A stretch of DNA of 64,000 nucleotides from an uncultured Candidatus Saccharibacteria bacterium (GTDB lineage Bacteria > Patescibacteriota > Saccharimonadia > Saccharimonadales > CAZWFS01). Below, in pieces: positions 54,736-62,543 of this stretch (positions are counted from its first letter, which is position 1; each line of letters begins with the position of its first letter). Location: positions 19,423-83,422 of the forward strand of contig CAZWFS010000004.1 in the NCBI GenBank assembly GCA_964633325.1, read 5' to 3'. Position numbers and translations under genes: made by a program. The notes below the pieces were generated by a model that was not told the origin of the DNA, searched no databases, and was given only the letters and a program-made list of their open reading frames with translations.

Positions 54736-55107
54736 TTAAAATATTCCCAAACTGTATAAGAGCATAGCAGGAACAAATAAAGGCAGGAAAGGCCAAATCA
54801 TGATCCATATAGCTCGCATAACCAACACCGCCATAAAGCTAACACCAGCGGCAAGCAGCGTAAAAAACCGTACTAAAAAACCAATGAACCGCGACACAAA
54901 CTTGTCTATGGAGTGGCGGAAGCGGTCGCCAAGGTTTTGGTTTACCCGTCCATAAGCATCGATCTGTTTCCAGGGTGCAAATAAGGTTCTCAGCAGAATA
55001 AGAATGGAAAAATCCTTGGCTACTCCTGCTAGCTGGCGCTTGGATTGCCGGACAGTACCAGCCCACCCCGCGCCATACCACCAGCTCCAAAAGGCGACGA
55101 ACAACAT
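54736..55107 (-). CDS. small polytopic membrane protein, translationally coupled to the Clp-like ATPase
   Basis: 123 aa with 3-4 hydrophobic helices. Its stop codon (54736-54738) abuts the ATPase start codon (54733-54735). Confidence 0.6.
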   Translation of the reverse strand: MLFVAFWSWWYGAGWAGTVRQSKRQLAGVAKDFSILILLRTLFAPWKQIDAYGRVNQNLGDRFRHSIDKFVSRFIGFLVRFFTLLAAGVSFMAVLVMRAIWIMIWPFLPLFVPAMLLYSLGIF

Positions 55108-55156
55108 ACCTTTTAGTGTACCACAGCCTTATCTGTTAAATGGCGTTGAAAAACCA

Positions 55157-55666
55157 TCAGCGTTTTATCAAAACAAAAACTGCAATGCTGCACGTAACAA
55201 GTTGTGTGATAATGCCTGTAAATTTAGGAAATCGACGCTGCTCTACGACACTGATGTGAATAAACCGATGGAATCGTTCTGTGGCCCGCCAGAACGGAAT
55301 ACGTCTTGTTATGCGAGACCAAAAAGGAGTGTTGTCTAAGAAGTCCGGCAAAGCCCCACCAACACCACCCCAGAACACCACCCACGCTTCGCCGGTGTAC
55401 ATAGTAAAAGCAAAAAAACGGAGTAGTAAAAGCCCGATAAACACATCCATAGCTCCCTGTACCAATATATGCCTTGGCCATTTATCATGATCCTTGGGCA
55501 GCTTATCGTTATAGTGTGGCCCGAACAGACGTTCCCAGTGAGGCACCATATCCAAAAGATAATGCGAGCCCCAACCAACAAAGAACGCTGCAACTTTGCC
55601 AACCGCTGACCCTGGCATCAAAGAGCCCAGGGCGGCTCCAGCCAAAATATGCGGGGTTACCAACAT
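55157..55666 (-). CDS. hypothetical polytopic membrane protein (His-rich, possible membrane hydrolase)
   Basis: 169 aa with MLVTPHILAGAALG...GSHYLLDMVPHWE. Function unassigned. Confidence 0.5.
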   Translation of the reverse strand: MLVTPHILAGAALGSLMPGSAVGKVAAFFVGWGSHYLLDMVPHWERLFGPHYNDKLPKDHDKWPRHILVQGAMDVFIGLLLLRFFAFTMYTGEAWVVFWGGVGGALPDFLDNTPFWSRITRRIPFWRATERFHRFIHISVVEQRRFPKFTGIITQLVTCSIAVFVLIKR

Positions 55667-55847
55667 TCGAAAAGCCTAAAGTTTTTGTTTTTCATATGTC
55701 TAACTACAGTATAGCATCAGCTTATGGAAAGAAGAGCAATCTTAGCGATTAGCGAATTGACCCTGAGATGCGTATATAAAAAGGCGTGTGGACGGAATGC
55801 TCTTTATATTAATTGCAGCTGCATTCGCGAGTTCTTAGAAGTTGCAT

Positions 55848-56120
55848 TTAGTATGGGGGATTGTTACCACGATCATTACTAGAATGCCAGTAAGCTAAGG
55901 GCGCGCCTATCATCCATAACGTTCGAGCGACACCATCAAATACTACTCGTCCTATATGCCTCCACACCGGTGTTTTTTGCTCTACGCCCTCAGGATAACC
56001 ACAAGCAACTTCTTCTAGATAATCTTCTACCTCCTGGATAAGGGTTTCGCCTTTTTTTGATAACGAACCGCAATTAAGAAATTCTGCTAAATAATATTTT
56101 CCGTTATCGTGAGTGTCCAT
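55848..56120 (-). CDS. hypothetical protein
   Basis: 90-aa ORF with no recognisable domain. Confidence 0.4.
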   Translation of the reverse strand: MDTHDNGKYYLAEFLNCGSLSKKGETLIQEVEDYLEEVACGYPEGVEQKTPVWRHIGRVVFDGVARTLWMIGAPLAYWHSSNDRGNNPPY

Positions 56121-56175
56121 ATTAATTACATAATAATACTAAGCAGACTAGAAGCAAGCATAAACAATAAATCAA

Positions 56176-56252
56176 TGGTCGGGGTGAGAGGACTCGAACC
56201 TCCGACCTCCGCGTCCCAAACGCGGCGCGCTAGCCAACTGCGCCACACCCCG
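56176..56252 (-). tRNA. tRNA-Pro(UGG), CCA encoded
   Basis: Manual cloverleaf: CGGGGTG/CACCCCG acceptor, anticodon arm CCGCG-TTTGGGA-CGCGG, T arm GGAGG-TTCGAGT-CCTCT. 77 nt. Confidence 0.9.
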
Positions 56253-56280
56253 ATATATATGTAAAATCATTGTAAAGGTT

Positions 56281-56441
56281 CGAGGATTATTTATCGAGGA
56301 CTCGGCCACCTTCGGCTCCGGAACTTCGCGATTGACAACCAGTTGTTGTCGGAAGGTTCCCTTGCGAAGTGCCACCGGCACTTCTCACCTCCGACCTCCG
56401 CGTCCCAAACGCGGGCGTTTGTCCTACTGCGCCACACCCCG
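56281..56441 (-). pseudogene. chimeric tRNA-Pro(UGG)-derived copy with a ~79-nt GC-rich insert in the T arm and no 3' acceptor strand
   Basis: 56388-56441 matches the intact gene from the acceptor 5' strand to the 5' T-stem strand GGAGG. The insert is bounded by CACC repeats (56307-56310, 56386-56389). A remnant CGAGTCCTCG lies at 56295-56304. A 30-nt block (56360-56389) is shared with the Lys chimera. Confidence 0.6.
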
Positions 56442-56539
56442 TAAATTCAACCAAGTGATAGAGGGATTATATAAAATTAACGGCTTATAAACCAGGACGA
56501 AATGTCGCTCACCGGTATTAAATATGATATAATTAGCTC

Positions 56540-56698
56540 ATGAAGTATGCCTCCATTTTCTTTACGATCCTGCTAATTTGGATCGCTGTTATTCTAATGG
56601 CCTTGACCCGTCCTGGGCCTAGCGAGATGTTTCAGCTTTATTTGGCTGTCATCGTCTGCACAATGATTTTGTTTTTGATCGGTTTTGCGAGAAAATAG
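56540..56698 (+). CDS. 52-aa two-TM small membrane protein (paralog of 58285-58473)
   Basis: Not in the ORF track (<60 aa). My own translation: MKYASIFFTILLIWIAVILMALTRPGPSEMFQLYLAVIVCTMILFLIGFARK. It aligns with the 62-aa protein through IW..LMAL...PG...IGF..K. Confidence 0.5.
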   Translation: MKYASIFFTILLIWIAVILMALTRPGPSEMFQLYLAVIVCTMILFLIGFARK

Positions 56699-56719
56699 AT
56701 ACAAAGGGAAAACTTTCTA

Positions 56720-58270
56720 ATGCGTGAATCGGTCGCCGCAATTAAACGACACCGGACTACCCGGCTAGCTAAGCTTGTCGGTAAATCATATTATTTACAC
56801 AAGCGTGGCCGTGACGTGGAAATGTCCAACCTTGTCTGCGGCGAATTCGTCAAGTTTGGCGGCGTTTATATAAAATTCTTGCAGGGCGTGCTGTTGCAAA
56901 GCGAGCTTATGCGTCGCTGGACCAATCCGGATCGGCTGAAAATTTTCGAAAACCTGGACCACGAACTACTAAACCTTGAAGCTATACTGGACAAGGAGCT
57001 ACCGGGAGACAAACGCTCGCAGATCGCCTTGGTACAGCCCCAGCCATTCGCAGCCGGAAGTTTCGGCCAGGTATATTATGGCCAACATGCCAACGGCAAG
57101 CCGATCATTATCAAGGTTTTAAGACCAATGATACGAGAACTGCTCAGATACGATTTGAAGCTACTTGCCGCCTTCAGCAAGAATTTTTTCCTAAAACTGC
57201 ATAAGAATATGGATTACCATATAGAGACCGCGATAGATGATTTCCGTTTAGCTACCCTTAGGGAGACCGACTACATAGAAGAAGCCAAGTTTGGTGCTGA
57301 ATTATACGAGATATATAAGGGCAATCCGCATTTGATAATTCCCGAAACATTCAGGGATTTGTGTACGCCCCACATCATTGTCCAGGAGTATATACCCGGC
57401 CTTAGCGTAGCCCAGCTCATTAAGCTTAAGCAGCAGGGAGTGGATCCCCAGCAATATGTCCAGGAACAACTTGGCTCGGATCTGAAAAAACAGCTGGCAG
57501 ATTTAGGCTACGAATTCATGATCAGCATATTCAACCTAACGCGCATCCAAGGAGATCCGCATCCTGGAAACGTGCGTTTAATGACAGGGAACCGAGTGGG
57601 ACTAATAGATTTTGGCATTCAGGCACGCACACCAAAAAACAAGGCAGCTTTCTTTGGCATGATTGAGGAATGGGACCGTCTATATTCCGGAACTCAGAGC
57701 ATTGCCAATATGTTCGAGCAATTCCTGCGGTTTTTTGTGAGCGACCTCTATAAGGCCTTGAAGAAACTAAGCAGCATGCAGCAACGCGAAGAAGGCGCCG
57801 AGAAATCTGATTTTACACGGGATGTCGGCCGTATCGCCCAAGAAACTTTTTCCAGTGTCATTGGTACCGACGATATTACGCCTTTGATAGAAAACGGCCG
57901 CATAATGCAGATAATCAGCCAGATCGTCAATAAAAAGAACCGCTTCGGCTTGGTCATGAAGATAGAGGCTTCAGAAATCTTGCGGGCAGCCCAGACCTAT
58001 ATGAACCTGGTCGAGAGCTTAGGTGTGCGCAGCGAAGTATTGCCGCAAGTATTCAAGCGGGTTGTAGCAAATGTGCATAGCGAGCATCAGGAGATGTTGC
58101 ATCAGAACGACGAACTCACTAGCATCAGCGACGCCCTAGAAACAGTCAGCAACTGGTTAGAGCGAGTAGCCGAGCGCGATCCGATGCTATTTAGCCAGTT
58201 GATGAGACGCATAAAGCTAGGCAAGCACCAAACCGTAGACATAGTTAAAGAAGTTCCAGATGTCTCATAA
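56720..58270 (+). CDS. ABC1/UbiB-family atypical protein kinase
   Basis: 516 aa with AAGSFGQVYYG, IIKVLRP, GDPHPGNV and IDFG motifs. Confidence 0.85.
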   Translation: MRESVAAIKRHRTTRLAKLVGKSYYLHKRGRDVEMSNLVCGEFVKFGGVYIKFLQGVLLQSELMRRWTNPDRLKIFENLDHELLNLEAILDKELPGDKRSQIALVQPQPFAAGSFGQVYYGQHANGKPIIIKVLRPMIRELLRYDLKLLAAFSKNFFLKLHKNMDYHIETAIDDFRLATLRETDYIEEAKFGAELYEIYKGNPHLIIPETFRDLCTPHIIVQEYIPGLSVAQLIKLKQQGVDPQQYVQEQLGSDLKKQLADLGYEFMISIFNLTRIQGDPHPGNVRLMTGNRVGLIDFGIQARTPKNKAAFFGMIEEWDRLYSGTQSIANMFEQFLRFFVSDLYKALKKLSSMQQREEGAEKSDFTRDVGRIAQETFSSVIGTDDITPLIENGRIMQIISQIVNKKNRFGLVMKIEASEILRAAQTYMNLVESLGVRSEVLPQVFKRVVANVHSEHQEMLHQNDELTSISDALETVSNWLERVAERDPMLFSQLMRRIKLGKHQTVDIVKEVPDVS

Positions 58271-58284
58271 GGAGGAGTTTTAAT

Positions 58285-58473
58285 ATGTATAAAGAATTCA
58301 TGCTTTTCATCAAATACCCCTACACCGCAGGGGTTATAGCCACAATCTGGCTGGGAACGGCAACCTTAATGGCCCTAAACCACGACCTCCCCGGCATCCG
58401 CATGGTTATAATCGACATGTTCGTCAGTGTAATAATAGCCAGTATCGGCTTCTCCGGCAAAAAAGAATTGTAG
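58285..58473 (+). CDS. 62-aa two-TM small membrane protein (paralog of 56540-56698)
   Basis: SD GGAGG upstream. Two hydrophobic helices, with similarity to the 52-aa ORF upstream of the kinase gene. Confidence 0.55.
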   Translation: MYKEFMLFIKYPYTAGVIATIWLGTATLMALNHDLPGIRMVIIDMFVSVIIASIGFSGKKEL

Positions 58474-58595
58474 GACTTACTCAGAACAGCACATTTCGGG
58501 CGAAATCCTGTGCTCCGATGCTCACGTACTTTTTTAAGTACGCTGCGCTTCAGTGCGCGGGTTTCATCCCAAACTGCACCAGTCTGAGTAAGTCC
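58473..58595. repeat. long imperfect-palindrome intergenic element, copy C
   Basis: A perfect 13-bp closing stem: GGACTTACTCAGA (58473-58485) pairs with TCTGAGTAAGTCC (58583-58595). The apical hairpin is CGTACTT-tttt-AAGTACG (58525-58542). A side hairpin is AGCACA...TGTGCT. The element lies between convergent genes and begins at the last base of a stop codon. Confidence 0.75.
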
Positions 58596-58637
58596 TAAGA
58601 GCCTCATGCATGAATTTATTCTCTGATGCCCTCTACT

Positions 58638-59804
58638 CTAGTTTATTAGGGTTATTTTTTGCATTTCTTCTAAGCTTTTTATTGGTTGGGCATGTTCCAT
58701 AATGGTTTTCTTCCAATAGTTTGCACGCTCCATATCTTCTGATCTAGAACTGATTAAAATCTTGGGTTCGGGACCCTGAGTGCTATCAACAAGACAGACG
58801 TATTCGTTATCCCAAATACCAAAATCATTAGCTACATCTTTCGGCAAATCGCTGGCCATCACCCCTAATACGTTCATACTCTCTAGATCTGCTTGAATTT
58901 GACTTTTTAGTTCAGCACGTGATAAATCCGCTGGGTCTTCGATGATGAAAACTCTTGAAACAGTTCTTAGACGTGCTCCCGCTTTACGTGACTCCTGCAT
59001 GTAAAGTGATTGATTATCCCACAGGTGTGTACCGCTTGGAAAAGTACAAAACCCATTCTTTTGAAGATTGCGGAATTTGAAAATACCCTCGTCAAATATG
59101 TCTTTAGGGGAAACTTCCACCACTTTTTCTGTGTGGTATTTTGCTGTATCTTCCTGGAATAGTTCAGCGCGATGATCAATATATTTTTGGTAAAGATTGA
59201 TGTCGAGACGGGATTTGCATAGCTCCAACACTAACGGAAATTCATGCATATTCACTTCGGCATTCATATGGGCAGCACCCTTGACTGGAATCAAGGAAGC
59301 GTTGAGTAGGTTGGCAAATTCTCGTCCTTTTCCTTGCGGGACGTAAGGATCATTGTCAGAATATAGTACATACGCTGTATGGATTGATTTTTGGAGTTGC
59401 TCAGGATTGAAGTCCGTCTTGTAGAAAGTATTATTTACAGTTTGGAATTGCCAAGGGGTTGTGTCATCACTTAAATCCAAGAATGGGCTGACCGCAATCA
59501 AACAGTCAACAGTAAGGTTTAGTGCCATAACTAGGTGCAGCGCGAATAACGGTCCAAGTGAATGGCCCACAATTACGATAGGACGTTTATGGTAGGGTTC
59601 AAGCGACTCAGAAGCAATCCTTAACCAATTTGTGAGATTCTGATTACTATTGGTGTTTGGTTGCAGCTGATCGTATTGATCGATAGGGAATGCCGGTAGC
59701 AAAACGATCTGGCCAATACGTTCCAATCGTTCTTTGAGCATCATAAACCAGTTACTATCTGGTGTAGCAAACGCCCCATGAAGAATTAAAAATACTGGCT
59801 CCAT
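58638..59804 (-). CDS. serine hydrolase (YdeN/RBBP9-like alpha/beta fold) fused to an uncharacterised ~190-aa C-terminal domain
   Basis: 388 aa. N-terminal FLILHGAFATPDSNWF and GHSLG nucleophile elbow. The C-terminal half has no recognisable motifs. Confidence 0.6.
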   Translation of the reverse strand: MEPVFLILHGAFATPDSNWFMMLKERLERIGQIVLLPAFPIDQYDQLQPNTNSNQNLTNWLRIASESLEPYHKRPIVIVGHSLGPLFALHLVMALNLTVDCLIAVSPFLDLSDDTTPWQFQTVNNTFYKTDFNPEQLQKSIHTAYVLYSDNDPYVPQGKGREFANLLNASLIPVKGAAHMNAEVNMHEFPLVLELCKSRLDINLYQKYIDHRAELFQEDTAKYHTEKVVEVSPKDIFDEGIFKFRNLQKNGFCTFPSGTHLWDNQSLYMQESRKAGARLRTVSRVFIIEDPADLSRAELKSQIQADLESMNVLGVMASDLPKDVANDFGIWDNEYVCLVDSTQGPEPKILISSRSEDMERANYWKKTIMEHAQPIKSLEEMQKITLIN

Positions 59805-59837
59805 ATAGTTCTATTATATATGTCGCGATATCAATAG

Positions 59838-60635
59838 CTAAACCAGCACCTGGATTTGTTGGACTGAATGAGCTGTTAGCGCTTGATTATCATTTTCTAT
59901 TAGGACGGCGTTGAACTGGAAAGGGCCGGTAGTTTCTAGGTCGTTTCTGTTCTTTACGTTGTCGCGCCAACGGGGAATTACGTTCTCTAATTTTACACCT
60001 AGGCTGCTGTGGAGGGTTCCACACATGCCTACATCGGTTATGTGGGCGGTGCCTTTTGGTAGCACCATTGAATCGGCGGTAGGTACATGCCAGTGGTCCC
60101 CTATGACCGCTGTCACCTGTCCGTCTAAGTAGTATCCAATCACCCGCTTTTCGCTTGAATAATCACCGTGGAAGTTAACTACTATGGCCGCCAGCTTTTT
60201 GCCCTTTTGCTGCTCTAAAATTTCATCAATAACTTTTAAAGGATTATCAGAGGGTTTGTCTGCGTCCTTACCTACGATATGCCCCAACAGACTTACCACC
60301 AGCACCTCACCTTCGCGGGTTTTCACATACTTCCAGCCCCGCCCTGGCGTGTCATTAGGATAATTAGCCGGCCGGATAATCGGTTTGCTCATGTCTTCTA
60401 AATAAGGGTGTATTTCGGGCCTATATGTGCTCCAGTTGCCTCCGGTAAAAAAATCAATTCCCAACTTCTGCAATTTTTCATAGTCCCCCACAGAAAGTCC
60501 CTTCCCATCAGTAACGTTCTCTGCCTGTGCAATAACCAAATCAATCTGCCGCTCATTTTTAAGGTCGGGCAAAACCCGCCCCACCGCCTCAATACCCGGC
60601 TCCCCCATAATGTCCCCAATATAAAGAATGTTCAT
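59838..60635 (-). CDS. ymdB: YmdB-family metallophosphoesterase (2',3'-cyclic-nucleotide phosphodiesterase-like)
   Basis: 265 aa with MNILYIGDIMGEPG, ENVTDGKG and FHGDYSSEK patterns typical of the YmdB family. Confidence 0.8.
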   Translation of the reverse strand: MNILYIGDIMGEPGIEAVGRVLPDLKNERQIDLVIAQAENVTDGKGLSVGDYEKLQKLGIDFFTGGNWSTYRPEIHPYLEDMSKPIIRPANYPNDTPGRGWKYVKTREGEVLVVSLLGHIVGKDADKPSDNPLKVIDEILEQQKGKKLAAIVVNFHGDYSSEKRVIGYYLDGQVTAVIGDHWHVPTADSMVLPKGTAHITDVGMCGTLHSSLGVKLENVIPRWRDNVKNRNDLETTGPFQFNAVLIENDNQALTAHSVQQIQVLV

Positions 60636-60654
60636 CCCCTCAGTGTACTACGAG

Positions 60655-61506
60655 CTATCTATTGCTTTTTGTCCTTTGTACATTTGGCTTATAGGTTCTA
60701 TCACGATCGAGTCTGTTGGTTAGACTGGCAAGTTCTTTAGCGTATGCTCTTTGTCGCTCTAAATCGCTTAGAGTTCCTCCTAGGATAAACGGAGCAGGAA
60801 GAGATGACCGATAATTATCACCCCTTTTTATAGTAAGTGCAGCTCTCCCATTATCATCGCTAACTTTCTTTTTTAGGACAGGGCCTGTATCGGGCAAATA
60901 TCTCCAGTCGCGATCATGATTATTCTTTACGCTTTCGGAGGTTTGTTTAGTGATTATACCGTCTGACATAGACATAATAAATTCAACTATTTGTACATGC
61001 GCGCTGAAATCTATTATATCGACAGTCGAATCGTTCACTATGAAATGATAGAGCCTGCCAAGTTCCGGGTGATTGACAACCCGGAAAAATACCTGACGGC
61101 TAACGCGATCCTGTACATCTTCAAACTCATCTTCGTGAAAAGAGCTTAATTCTTCTGGATCTGCTGAACCTATTTCTTCAAGCCAACTAATGTTTCCTTG
61201 TAATATCCCCAAAAAAACCTCACGTTCCTCTGCTGCGGAAATTTCGAACGCGCTCAAGTCGCACCCCAACTCTGCTCCATCAACCCCCAAAGACAAAGAT
61301 TCGCCTAGATCGTGCTGGTTATATCCTTCGGGTAATTTAGGCTGAAAGCCAGAAAGATTAAGGTAATAGAGGCCTTCGCGATAATCACAATCGGGACTGT
61401 CGGCACCCAAAGCTGCTCGGCTAACATGATCGATGTCAGTATTTTCGGTAAACTCAGTTACATCAAAATCTGGAAACTGATTTTTGTCTGTGTAATTGGG
61501 GCCCAT
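60655..61506 (-). CDS. hypothetical acidic protein
   Basis: 283-aa ORF, D/E-rich, with no recognisable domain. Confidence 0.5.
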   Translation of the reverse strand: MGPNYTDKNQFPDFDVTEFTENTDIDHVSRAALGADSPDCDYREGLYYLNLSGFQPKLPEGYNQHDLGESLSLGVDGAELGCDLSAFEISAAEEREVFLGILQGNISWLEEIGSADPEELSSFHEDEFEDVQDRVSRQVFFRVVNHPELGRLYHFIVNDSTVDIIDFSAHVQIVEFIMSMSDGIITKQTSESVKNNHDRDWRYLPDTGPVLKKKVSDDNGRAALTIKRGDNYRSSLPAPFILGGTLSDLERQRAYAKELASLTNRLDRDRTYKPNVQRTKSNR

Positions 61507-61619
61507 TGGTTATTGTAAGACCGGTTGCTTGATGAAACTTATCACTTTTAATCAAGTATATTATACCATGCAAGTCAAGAATGCGTAAATCTATACCTAC
61601 CAGGAGACGGGTTATTTTA

Positions 61620-61886
61620 TTATTCCAGTTCTTGTATTTTAGTTATAGCTATCTTCTTTTCGCGTTCTAGCTTGCGCAGGCAGTAATCTATATTTTGGCT
61701 ATGGCGGCGGAGTCGTTCTTTACTTATCGTGAAGTCCAGGTCATTCATCTTGCCTGTATCGTACTGTTGCTTGACCTCTTCTTCGAGCATTTTTAGCTCT
61801 TTTTTGGTCTGTCGTGTCTCTGTAATCAACTGGTTGATGTCTGTGATAATATCCTCCAAAATAGACATATCATCATCTGAATTCAT
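61620..61886 (-). CDS. hypothetical coiled-coil protein
   Basis: 88 aa, heptad-like and charged. Confidence 0.45.
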   Translation of the reverse strand: MNSDDDMSILEDIITDINQLITETRQTKKELKMLEEEVKQQYDTGKMNDLDFTISKERLRRHSQNIDYCLRKLEREKKIAITKIQELE

Positions 61887-61964
61887 AAGCTGAATTATAC
61901 CACTTACGTTTTAGCTATATCATAACTCAACAAACTGGCCATTATTGAGCAATAAGATCTCAGC

Positions 61965-62540
61965 TCATTGATGTGATAGTTTAACGAATTCGTTCGGATC
62001 GCAGGGGTATAACTCTTGATTTGAGTAAGGGAAGGGAATCACCTTTTTTGCTCCAACGGAGGCAATAAATTCTAATATCGTTTCAAAATCAAATGGCCCG
62101 GCTATTGGCGATGCAAAGTTATTAACCCTAACGCCGTTATTCTTAATACCATCGCCAGGATGGAAGAAATTACCATCTATTATATAGCCAGTATTCGGCG
62201 GCACTTCTACGCCGGCCTTAGCAAAGTGCGGTAAATCATGGGGCAAAATATTAAACCCTGCAACCTTAAACGGCGTACCGTAACTAACCAGAATCGCATC
62301 TTCGCCGATTAGTCTAGCAACTGCATGATTACCATACAATTTTGTACCATTGGACTTGAACCGCTCGGCTATCGATGCGTCATAATGGTCTCCGTGCTGA
62401 TGCGTATACAGCACTGCTTCCACTGTACCTAAATCACTAATATCATATTGGTCAGCGAAGAATTTTCCTGGGTCAATAACTATTCTGCGGTTATTTTTTT
62501 CCAGCAGTAAACACGACTGGGGGTACTTCGTAACTTTCAT
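61965..62540 (-). CDS. MBL-fold metallo-hydrolase
   Basis: 191 aa with the HQHGDH (HxHxDH) motif. Confidence 0.75.
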   Translation of the reverse strand: MKVTKYPQSCLLLEKNNRRIVIDPGKFFADQYDISDLGTVEAVLYTHQHGDHYDASIAERFKSNGTKLYGNHAVARLIGEDAILVSYGTPFKVAGFNILPHDLPHFAKAGVEVPPNTGYIIDGNFFHPGDGIKNNGVRVNNFASPIAGPFDFETILEFIASVGAKKVIPFPYSNQELYPCDPNEFVKLSHQ

Positions 62541-62543
62541 GAA

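Noticed and set aside
58473-58595. Palindromic elements A-C as 6S RNA genes
   Set aside because: 6S RNA is also a long irregular hairpin, and ssrS is classically linked to the 5-formyl-THF cyclo-ligase gene. However, none of the three copies is next to that gene (31970). Three copies would be unusual, and I see no large asymmetric central bubble. A hit with the Rfam 6S model would overturn this rejection.
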